Shown here piece after piece: positions 1 through 5,700 of a stretch of 6,117 nt of DNA (positions are counted from its first letter, which is position 1; every line of letters begins with the position of its first letter). Below the pieces are notes generated by a model, which was given only the letters and a program-made list of their open reading frames with translations, did no database searches and was not told the origin of the DNA. The DNA lies in the IMG/VR virus record IMGVR_UViG_2700989486_000022; one strand, given 5' to 3'. Source of the stretch: a virus. Taxonomy: Duplodnaviria; Heunggongvirae; Uroviricota; Caudoviricetes. A program made the position numbers and the translations under genes.

Positions 1-171
1 ATTTCCCTCGTGGCTGTCAATCATGTAGCGACCATCAATAACAATCTTTCCGTCAGCGAGCTGCGGTACAGGCAGGGATTTCAGGTACATGTCATAACGA
101 TCACGCACGCGAGCGGCAAGATCACGCTCTGTGTTGAGCAGGTATTCAAGAAAGTCGTTGGCGAGAATCAT
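1..171 (-). CDS. hypothetical protein, N-terminal 57 codons only (gene continues past the left edge)
   Basis: ATG at 171-169 preceded by AAGAGGA about 8 nt upstream; reading frame open to position 1; uses preferred E. coli codons (CGT/CGC/CTG), unlike the overlapping + strand frame. N-terminus MILANDFLEYLLNTERDLAARVRDRYDMYLKSLPVPQLADGKIVIDGRYMIDSHEGN; no family recognised. Confidence 0.5.
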   Translation of the reverse strand, partial: MILANDFLEYLLNTERDLAARVRDRYDMYLKSLPVPQLADGKIVIDGRYMIDSHEGN

Positions 172-243
172 TGCGGCAATCCTCTTGTTACAGATGTGCG
201 AAGGCCTCCCGCCGCAAGGTGCAGGAAAGGCCCGGAACAGGAA

Positions 244-474
244 TTAATGGAGTTTGTTTTGCTGCTGGACGAGATCCTGAAGAGACAGGAGGTCTTCCGC
301 CAGATAGCTGAATACAGCGGCGCAGTAGTCGGCTGAAATAGTGCTGTTGAGTCTGTGCAATGTGTTGGATTGCATGATAAAGGCGATGTGTGCAGCGCGG
401 GTGAGTCTGCGATCGATTTCAGTCTGGATGTGACGACGTGCAGCGTATGCGCGCTGTTGTTTGCGGTTTGCCAT
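244..474 (-). CDS. hypothetical small basic protein (76 aa)
   Basis: ORF-track ORF; ATG at 474-472 with AGAGG about 7 nt upstream; good codon usage (CGC/CGT Arg); basic N-terminus (MANRKQQRAYAARRH); lies downstream of a - strand terminator so appears to be its own unit together with the gene at 1-171. Confidence 0.55.
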   Translation of the reverse strand: MANRKQQRAYAARRHIQTEIDRRLTRAAHIAFIMQSNTLHRLNSTISADYCAAVFSYLAEDLLSLQDLVQQQNKLH

Positions 475-484
475 GGTGTGGCCT

Positions 485-703
485 CTTTGGTTGTAAGTTT
501 TGAAAACTCACCATCCAGAGGTGGAAAACTCGGGGTGGTGAGACGTACAGGGTTTCCACAACCGGCAACCAAAGAACCCGGCCCGACCGAAGTCGGCCCC
601 ATACGCCCCACCATAATTCGTGTGCGAAAAAGACGTGGCGATACGGTACGCACAAAAAAACCGCTGGCGCGGTTGTGCGCTTTGGTTGTCAGCGGGGTGG
701 AAA
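485..703. repeat. Three copies of a bipartite motif CTTTGGTTG-(spacer)-GTGGAAA in a non-coding region: direct at 485-527 (27-nt spacer containing the palindrome AGTTTT-G-AAAACT at 496-508), inverted at 552-574 (6-nt spacer), direct at 680-703 (8-nt spacer)
   Basis: Read directly from the sequence: ctttggttg at 485-493 and 680-688, with its reverse complement caaccaaag at 566-574; gtggaaa at 521-527 and 697-703, with reverse complement gtttccac at 552-559. No convincing ORF on either strand in 475-794. Confidence 0.5.
652..676 (-). terminator. Candidate rho-independent terminator for leftward (- strand) transcription
   Basis: On the - strand: AACCGC-GCCA-GCGGTT hairpin (+ coords 659-674) immediately followed by a run of 7 T (+ strand A-run 654-660); located about 120 bp downstream of the stop of the 183-aa gene. 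Confidence 0.5.
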
Positions 704-794
704 TCCCGGCACCCGTTTTATGAGGTGCAGCGGAAATGTAACCTGACTGATTGCGGCATGGCAAGCGGTTTTTTTGTGTGTGCATAATGCTCAT

Positions 795-1346
795 TCAGTT
801 TGGAAGCAGCTCGTATAACAGGGCGTCGGCGGCGGTTCGGCGGTTGTAAAGCCACCATGCTGTGCTGTATGCCACCTGTATCCCTGTGATTTTGTATATA
901 TGTCTGCTTATTTCCCTGAATGGCATGCCGTGCCCATCACGCAATTCAGTTACCAGATGAACAATATGATCGTCGTATTTAGCAGCATGATGTATGCCTC
1001 CACACTTCATTGCGCTGTAACCACGATCGCGGAGTATTTTTTGTATGGTGCATTTGCTACATTTCATTTCCCGTGCCATATCCCTCTTACTTTTTCGGTG
1101 GCGGTTGCTGATTATTTCTGCTATTGCCTTTTCATCCAGCCGCTGGCGTTTCCGCCCAATCAGCCCTCGCTTGCGCAAGGTGATAATGCGCTGCCCCGTT
1201 GCATGAAATGAGCGATTAAGTCTGGATGTTATTTCCCTGATGCTGTGTTTCTGGTACATGCTTATCAGCAACGCATCTTCCTGTTTCGTCCATTGTTTAA
1301 CGTGTCTGGGTGCCTGACCGGGGATGCCCATTGGTTTGAGTTTCAT
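795..1346 (-). CDS. putative DNA-binding protein with three helix-turn-helix-like segments (183 aa); function unknown
   Basis: ORF-track ORF; ATG at 1346 with AAGGGAG about 9 nt upstream; three segments with HTH/Myb-like character (KQWTKQEDALLISMYQK..ITSRL; AIAEIISNRHRKSKRDMAREMKCSKCTIQKIL; MPFREISRHIYKITGIQVAYSTAWW); last gene before the terminator. Confidence 0.7.
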   Translation of the reverse strand: MKLKPMGIPGQAPRHVKQWTKQEDALLISMYQKHSIREITSRLNRSFHATGQRIITLRKRGLIGRKRQRLDEKAIAEIISNRHRKSKRDMAREMKCSKCTIQKILRDRGYSAMKCGGIHHAAKYDDHIVHLVTELRDGHGMPFREISRHIYKITGIQVAYSTAWWLYNRRTAADALLYELLPN

Positions 1347-1360
1347 TGTGATTTGCTCCC

Positions 1361-1660
1361 TTACTGGTTAAGGAAAAAATCAAAAACCTTGTCGATGCGT
1401 TGCAGCAACTCTTGTTGCATTGCTTCCGGCGTTTCTGGTTCGCCTAGTGACTCCAGCGGTGCGCAGAAATCCTCGATTTCATGGCGGAGTGTCAGGCGAA
1501 TGGCGAGAGGTGTGGTTCTGGAGTGCTCCAGCTCATCCAGTAGTGCCAACACGGCAGATGGCGAGAGCATTGCGCGAAACGCCAGTAATTTTTGATGCGT
1601 TGCCATTCGTTGCAGGTCAGTTGCCAGTTCGCGTAGTTCCTGGTGGTTGATGGTGCTCAT
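1361..1660 (-). CDS. hypothetical protein (99 aa), acidic, predicted helical
   Basis: ORF-track ORF; start ATG overlaps the stop of the upstream gene (ATGA at 1657-1660); AAGGAA about 11 nt upstream. Confidence 0.65.
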   Translation of the reverse strand: MSTINHQELRELATDLQRMATHQKLLAFRAMLSPSAVLALLDELEHSRTTPLAIRLTLRHEIEDFCAPLESLGEPETPEAMQQELLQRIDKVFDFFLNQ

Positions 1661-1902
1661 GCTCTGGCTTCCTTCAGTAGCTGGTTAAACATGTGAGTAA
1701 GTGGGTTGCCACACCCGAACGGCATCGGGTTTACCTGGTAAGAGAACCGACCGCCTGTTTTGCGCTCTTCTCTGATGACTAAGCCGTCACGCCAGAGTCG
1801 GCGCAACTCAGCATTAATGGCTGTGGTTGGGGTATTCAGCGCGGCGGCGATTTCTCCACCGCTACAACCCGGATTGGCTGTGATGTAGTCCAGAATGGTC
1901 AT
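1657..1902 (-). CDS. putative winged-helix DNA-binding protein (81 aa)
   Basis: ORF-track ORF; ATGA overlap with the upstream gene at 1899-1902; CAGGAG about 8 nt upstream of ATG; sequence pattern (GGEIAAALNTPTTAINAELRRLWRDGLVIREERKTGGRFSYQV) is typical of a winged HTH. Confidence 0.65.
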   Translation of the reverse strand: MTILDYITANPGCSGGEIAAALNTPTTAINAELRRLWRDGLVIREERKTGGRFSYQVNPMPFGCGNPLTHMFNQLLKEARA

Positions 1903-2156
1903 CTGCGTGACTCCTGTACCTGTCGGATAAGGTTCACCTGCACCACGTTGGTGGCGCAGAAGTAAGTGTCGTCAGTGAGATAAATGTGATGCGCGTCAGG
2001 TTGCGAACGGTGACGGTCGAGCGTTTTAATCAGCCGTTCGTCAACTTCGTATTCACGCCCTCTGGATGTGAAACGAATGACGGAAAAACGCTTATTGCCA
2101 TTGCGCCCCCTTTGTCCAGTAACCCTATGCGTTAAATACGGTGCGCTGTGCGTCAT
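1899..2156 (-). CDS. hypothetical basic protein (85 aa from ATG at 2156; the ORF track starts one codon earlier at TTG 2159)
   Basis: Open frame overlapping the 3' end of the 136-aa gene by about 30 nt; no clear Shine-Dalgarno; several rare Arg codons near the start, so less certain than its neighbours. Confidence 0.45.
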   Translation of the reverse strand: MTHSAPYLTHRVTGQRGRNGNKRFSVIRFTSRGREYEVDERLIKTLDRHRSQPDAHHIYLTDDTYFCATNVVQVNLIRQVQESRR

Positions 2157-2535
2157 CAATGAATGCGACTTGAGAGCGCTCTATCAGGCGGAGATTTGTC
2201 AGAATTTCTGATTCCCTTATGGGGTGAGGAGTGATCAGGTATTTATCCTGTAATCCGACGATAATGGTGTATTGCTGTGGCTCCGAGCCAATTGTGTAAA
2301 TAAGGCGTCCGGTGTTAGACAAATCCAGTCCGGTGACTGGTTGTGTTCTGAGAACCGTTAGTTCAGCATCCTGTTTTTCGATAATTTCGGCTGCTTCGGC
2401 GGTTACTCTTGCTATCATCATGGCTGTGGTGGCAGGCCCAATCATTCCTGCATTTGTTGCATCCTGAATGGCTCTGTTTGCGGTCTCCGATATATTTTTT
2501 AGCGCAGTTATAATGCCTTTTTCTTTTGCGTTCAT
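2125..2535 (-). CDS. hypothetical protein (136 aa)
   Basis: ORF-track ORF; ATG at 2535 with GGAGA about 6 nt upstream; no family recognised. Confidence 0.65.
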   Translation of the reverse strand: MNAKEKGIITALKNISETANRAIQDATNAGMIGPATTAMMIARVTAEAAEIIEKQDAELTVLRTQPVTGLDLSNTGRLIYTIGSEPQQYTIIVGLQDKYLITPHPIRESEILTNLRLIERSQVAFIDDAQRTVFNA

Positions 2536-2628
2536 TTTTGTATCTCCATTATTTACGTGTGTGAATGCCTCCGTTAATTCGGATGGTTTTCACGTTTTCT
2601 TATTTAATCTGGTGTTTTATTTGTGCTG

Positions 2629-2742
2629 TTATTCGTCAGAGAAAAAACGCTCAATCTTTTTCACTGAATGAATAATTCGCATAATGCCAATAGCGCAGAT
2701 CACCGAAATAATCAGAATAAGCCACGAAATAAATATACTCAT
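2629..2742 (-). CDS. candidate small hydrophobic (single-pass membrane) peptide, 37 aa: MSIFISWLILIISVICAIGIMRIIHSVKKIERFFSDE
   Basis: Not in the ORF track (too short). Hand-translated: ATG at 2742-2740 overlaps the TGA stop of the 80-aa gene (ATGA), GGGGAA about 6 nt upstream, TAA at 2631-2629. Hydrophobic core followed by a charged tail. Sits in a visibly AT-rich segment. Confidence 0.35.
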   Translation of the reverse strand: MSIFISWLILIISVICAIGIMRIIHSVKKIERFFSDE

Positions 2743-2981
2743 GCGATATTCCCCAGCTTATACGGTTCAATGTGTTCCCCGCATTCTGCGGCACAGATCA
2801 GCTCGGAAAGTTCGTTAAGTGCATCCAGATCATCAGCGTAAAAAGCAACGTCATACAAACTCCGGATTGCCCTGGTCAATGAGTCACGGGCTGCACGTTC
2901 AGCATGAGCGCCTGATGCACTTAAGCGAAAATAAAAACGCTCAAGTGCTTTGTTAATGAGAGTTTTATATTCTTTGCCCAT
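2739..2981 (-). CDS. hypothetical protein (80 aa)
   Basis: ORF-track ORF; ATG at 2981, AAAGGG about 8 nt upstream; 11-nt gap after the preceding gene. Confidence 0.6.
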   Translation of the reverse strand: MGKEYKTLINKALERFYFRLSASGAHAERAARDSLTRAIRSLYDVAFYADDLDALNELSELICAAECGEHIEPYKLGNIA

Positions 2982-2992
2982 CGCAACGCCCT

Positions 2993-3280
2993 TTAATCTG
3001 CTTTCTGAATTTCAGTTTCTGAATCCATACAAATAATTTCGATATAGGGTTTATCGCCATTAGCCTGGCGTGCCTTTTCAGCTTCACTAATGATTTCTCG
3101 TACGGTCTGGTACGGAAGTTCCACAAGCAGTCGCGTGCCGTTCAGATAAACGTAAGTGGCTTCGTTGGCTCCGTTTTTACCCGCCGGAGCCACTCCATCA
3201 ATAGCGGATGCGCGTAATAACAGTTCACCGCGAAAATCAATAAAACGGATAAATACACCTTGTGCATGCTCTTTGGTCAT
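2993..3280 (-). CDS. hypothetical protein (95 aa; start taken at the internal ATG 3280 rather than the ORF-track start 3340)
   Basis: ATG at 3280 has AGGTG about 6 nt upstream and begins 10 nt after the stop of the 116-aa gene; the longer ORF-track version would overlap that gene by 50 nt. Confidence 0.6.
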   Translation of the reverse strand: MTKEHAQGVFIRFIDFRGELLLRASAIDGVAPAGKNGANEATYVYLNGTRLLVELPYQTVREIISEAEKARQANGDKPYIEIICMDSETEIQKAD

Positions 3281-3290
3281 AACGCACCTG

Positions 3291-3641
3291 TTATAAATCA
3301 GCCTGTTTAATAAAACTTTGCCCGCGAAGCAGACGATCAACCGTGCGAAGTGCTTCGTATAATGTGAAATCCTGCCCGAATTGATTGTCGCCGCAGCTCA
3401 ATGCAAAAATGCGGTTTCCGGTAAACGGATTGCGTGGGCATTTGTGGACCACGATCCCGGCTTTCTCAATCAGCCAGGCATGCTCGCCGATTTGTTTTAC
3501 TGGGTAGCCATCCGGCGTTGCGTGTGTTTCGCTCAGGCTGTAGCGAGAGCTGCTACGTGATGCGCTGGTAGCGAAACGGTTAGCATGACGTTCCGCCCCG
3601 TTGCGGAATCGCTGCTGTGAAGAATTGCGCCGTTCCTTCAT
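3291..3641 (-). CDS. hypothetical protein (116 aa) with Arg/Ser-rich basic N-terminus
   Basis: ORF-track ORF; ATG at 3641 with GGAG about 12 nt upstream; 37 nt downstream of the cox-like stop; N-terminal 35 residues are low-complexity basic (RRNSSQQRFRNGAERHANRFATSASRSSSRYS). Confidence 0.6.
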   Translation of the reverse strand: MKERRNSSQQRFRNGAERHANRFATSASRSSSRYSLSETHATPDGYPVKQIGEHAWLIEKAGIVVHKCPRNPFTGNRIFALSCGDNQFGQDFTLYEALRTVDRLLRGQSFIKQADL

Positions 3642-3678
3642 ATCAAAATACTCCGCCTAAAATGAATTATGGTTTGAG

Positions 3679-4104
3679 TTATGCTGCTTTACCGCTGATA
3701 TTTCTGTTTCGTCTGCCACTTGTTGGCTTAAACAAAAACAGACGGTTTTCCCAGTCGTGCCATTCCTGAGGTGCGTTTTCGATGAGGCGATCGCATGCTT
3801 CATCCCACGCTTTTCTGTTGATGTAGAGTTCAGCGTTTCCGCCAGGTTTAAGAGGGTCCGCCATATACACCGCAGGTAGCTTTCCTGCTTTGGCCATGCT
3901 TACGATGGCATCAACGGTCTTTCCGATATACATCGCAAATCCTTCTTTTGACAGGAGATGCGAGGGATTTTCTGAAAGTCGAATTTCTTCACGTTCACGT
4001 GCTTTGCGTCCTGTTTTTTGATGCTCACCTTCTGGCATTTCTGACAGGTGATCGCATCGTGTTCCGCAAAGTGACTCAGGCGCGTTTTGAGTGCTTTCTT
4101 GCAT
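3679..4104 (-). CDS. cox: Cox-like excisionase / early-operon regulator with an N-terminal extension (141 aa)
   Basis: First gene of the leftward operon, divergent from the C-type repressor as in P2. The C-terminal 85 residues (FAMYIGKTVDAIVSMAKAGKLPAVYMADP...WHDW) resemble my recollection of P2 Cox (FAKLIGK...GKLPVIDMTDP...DGW). ATG at 4104 has a strong GGAGG 7 nt upstream. An alternative internal start at 3933 (AAGGA upstream) would give 84 aa. Confidence 0.7.
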   Translation of the reverse strand: MQESTQNAPESLCGTRCDHLSEMPEGEHQKTGRKAREREEIRLSENPSHLLSKEGFAMYIGKTVDAIVSMAKAGKLPAVYMADPLKPGGNAELYINRKAWDEACDRLIENAPQEWHDWENRLFLFKPTSGRRNRNISGKAA

Positions 4105-4219
4105 CTGATATCCTCCGCTATTGGTGCTCTCTTCTAACTAGCACCATTTAGAACTAGTTAGCGCAATTCGTTGTGTGTTAATTGATATATAAACTAAGTG
4201 AGTTAACTTACTATGTCAA
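4105..4219. promoter_or_regulatory. Lysogeny-switch control region between cox-like and C genes: candidate overlapping divergent promoters and an operator-like inverted repeat
   Basis: Seen in sequence: 8-bp perfect inverted repeat CTAACTAG (4134-4141) / CTAGTTAG (4154-4161) with 12-bp spacer; + strand extended -10-like TGATATATA (4183-4191) upstream of the C start; - strand TTGACA (4219-4214) spaced 17 bp from TAGTTT (4196-4191). Promoter assignment is inference. Confidence 0.45.
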
Positions 4220-4512
4220 CTACCGTAGCTATGAAAATTCGCATCATGCGGAAGTCAGAAATGCTTACACAAGAAAAAATGGCAGAGATTACTGGGCTTA
4301 CTCTTGCTGCATTAAGGCAATATGAGCAAGGACGAAATGAACCCAACCTTGAGTCAACAAAAAAGCTTCTGAAAGCCCCCATGTTCCGTAAGTACCGCGA
4401 CTGGTTTTTGTTTGATGAAGTTGAACCCAAGGCCGGGCAGGTTGTACCGGCTCTCGCACACATTGGGCAAGGCGAAGTGGAATCATCCCGCTCCGGCAAG
4501 AAAACTGGTTAA
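4213..4512 (+). CDS. P2 C-type immunity repressor (99 aa)
   Basis: ORF-track ORF; same length as P2 C and aligns with it along its length as I recall it (MS..KI.LMRKSE.L...A..TG......YE.GR..P ... P.F.KY..WF ... GQ..PALAH.GQ.E..S.SG.KTG); directly upstream of and co-oriented with the integrase. Confidence 0.85.
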   Translation: MSTTVAMKIRIMRKSEMLTQEKMAEITGLTLAALRQYEQGRNEPNLESTKKLLKAPMFRKYRDWFLFDEVEPKAGQVVPALAHIGQGEVESSRSGKKTG

Positions 4513-4578
4513 CGGTTCACCAGGCATTTATTTCCCAGAGCTGTGATCAAGATGATGTTTTCATTGGAGGGCTTCCTT

Positions 4579-5574
4579 ATGTCGATTAAGAAGCTCGCTA
4601 ATGGCAAATTTTGTGTGGACGTGCGGCCTGCTGGATCAGAAGGAAAGAGATTCAGGCGGCGATTTGATACTCGTGGTGAGGCTGTTTTGTATGAGCGTCA
4701 TGTATTGCAGCATTACCACGACAAAGACTGGGTTGATAAGCCAACAGAACGGCGGTCGCTGAGGGAGCTACTGGATTGTTGGTGGTTGTATCACGGTAAA
4801 AATCATCCTTACGGTGCGATGGAGCGAGTGCGTATTGCTGCGGTCATTAGTGATCTTGAAAGTATTAATGTTACACGCAGTGATCAACTTACTCGTAAAA
4901 ACATAATTAATTATCGGTTATTGTTGCTTAACCGCGGAATAAAACAATCCACGGTTAATCGTTATTGCGCAATGATGAGTGGTTTTTTCACAAAACTAAT
5001 TGACGCAGAGGAATATTCTGGGGCTAATCCGTTTCATGATGTGAAAAAACTTAATATCAAACAGCCTGAAATGGCTTATTTGTATCATGAAGATATTCCA
5101 CGATTACTGGAGTTGTTATCTGGTGATGAATTAAAAGCCGTCTTGTTGTGTCTGGCAACAGGTGGAAGATGGAGTGAAGTTGCAAATATCAAGGGGGAGC
5201 ATGTTATTAGCGGCAAAGTCATTTTTATGGAAACAAAAAATGGGAAGCGTCGCGTTATACCTATATCGTCAGAACTGGAGTGCATGATTAAGACGAAGGC
5301 TACTGGTCGTTTAATTTATCCGAGTTATGCCGCTGTCAGAACGGCTATCAGAAAGGTGAGACCCGATCTTCCTGAAGGGCAGTCGATACATGTTTTACGG
5401 CATACCTTTGCCACTCACTTCATGATTAATGGCGGGAATATCATCACTTTGCAGAGAATACTTGGGCATAGCACTATTCAGCAGACGATGACTTATGCCC
5501 ATTTTGCACCAGATTATCTGCAGGATGCTGTGCGCTTTAATCCTGTGGCTGAGTTGTCCAGATATTGCCCATAA
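4579..5574 (+). CDS. int: P2-family tyrosine integrase (331 aa from ATG 4579; the ORF track begins at an upstream GTG 4543)
   Basis: N-terminus MSIKKLANGKF..VDVRP matches P2 Int MAIKKLDDGRYEVDIRP; catalytic-region motifs HVLRHTFATHFMINGGNIITLQRILGH and YAHFAP are present; GGAGG 8 nt upstream of ATG 4579. Confidence 0.9.
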   Translation: MSIKKLANGKFCVDVRPAGSEGKRFRRRFDTRGEAVLYERHVLQHYHDKDWVDKPTERRSLRELLDCWWLYHGKNHPYGAMERVRIAAVISDLESINVTRSDQLTRKNIINYRLLLLNRGIKQSTVNRYCAMMSGFFTKLIDAEEYSGANPFHDVKKLNIKQPEMAYLYHEDIPRLLELLSGDELKAVLLCLATGGRWSEVANIKGEHVISGKVIFMETKNGKRRVIPISSELECMIKTKATGRLIYPSYAAVRTAIRKVRPDLPEGQSIHVLRHTFATHFMINGGNIITLQRILGHSTIQQTMTYAHFAPDYLQDAVRFNPVAELSRYCP

Positions 5575-5700
5575 AATAGGACTAAATAAGCCCATTTAAG
5601 ACTATGTGTATTAATGTAACTAATTGATATATCAAAGGGAGGCCAGTGTGCTCTGCCTCCTTCATGTCACCTTCGGGTGGCGTTGTTTTATGCGATGTAT
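5575..5700. other. Candidate attachment-site / element-chromosome junction region downstream of int
   Basis: Non-coding; AATAAGCCCATTTAAG (about 5585-5600) resembles the P2 att core as I recall it (..AATAAGCCCGTGTAAGG..); hairpins GGAGGC/GCCTCC (5638-5643/5655-5660) and CACC-TTCG-GGTG (5668-5679) followed by a T-rich tract. The exact core and junction cannot be fixed without the other end of the element. Confidence 0.35.

Larger units (their letters stand above)
1..5600. mobile_element. P2-family temperate phage / prophage-derived segment (immunity-integration module plus leftward early operon); left boundary beyond the window, right boundary somewhere in about 5575-5700
   Basis: Gene order and orientation match the P2 family: C-type repressor then integrase on one strand, Cox-like gene and small early genes on the other, with integrase abutting a non-coding junction next to host chpS. 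Completeness of the element cannot be judged from 6 kb. Confidence 0.6.

Noticed and set aside
10-336. 108-aa + strand ORF from the six-frame track
   Set aside because: Fully antisense to two - strand ORFs that have ribosome-binding sites and preferred E. coli codons; this frame is rich in rare AGG/AGA/CGA/ATA codons. Most likely a shadow ORF.
168-794. 208-aa - strand ORF (plus 355-723 + strand and 419-655 - strand ORFs) spanning the structured region
   Set aside because: Translations are S/T/P/G-rich or W-rich with no protein-like character, run through the terminator hairpin and repeat motifs, and overlap better-supported genes. Treated as non-coding.
475-794. Possible retron msr-msd non-coding RNA
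   Set aside because: Hairpins and repeats invited the idea, but the adjacent genes show no reverse-transcriptase-like N-terminus and I could not identify flanking a1/a2 inverted repeats of adequate length. Cannot be supported without a covariance-model search.
900-1650. + strand ORFs 900-1211, 1245-1595 and 1420-1650
   Set aside because: Antisense to the - strand operon genes; low-complexity or odd composition; no ribosome-binding sites noted. Shadow ORFs.
2468-2671. 67-aa hydrophobic + strand ORF
   Set aside because: Starts inside and antisense to the 136-aa gene and crosses the T-rich gap; its hydrophobicity is a by-product of T-rich sequence. The - strand 37-aa ORF has the better start context, though neither is certain.
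3933-3933. Internal ATG as the cox start (84-aa product)
   Set aside because: Not excluded, but residues just upstream of it align to the region preceding the HTH in P2 Cox as I recall it, and the upstream ATG at 4104 has the stronger Shine-Dalgarno. Kept as an alternative.
3948-4499. ORFs 3948-4151 (+), 4203-4499 (-) and 4298-4486 (-)
   Set aside because: Antisense to the cox-like and C genes or lying across the switch region; no support beyond being open frames.
4543-4578. Upstream GTG/ATG starts for the integrase (ORF track starts at 4543)
   Set aside because: The ATG at 4579 matches the P2 Int N-terminus and has a GGAGG site at ideal spacing; the upstream codons lack a ribosome-binding site.
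4179-5632. 12-bp exact direct repeat TAATTGATATAT at 4179-4190 and 5621-5632
   Set aside because: An exact 12-mer match is expected about once by chance in a 6-kb AT-containing window and the flanks do not extend the match. Could be related promoter or arm-site elements, but not significant on its own.
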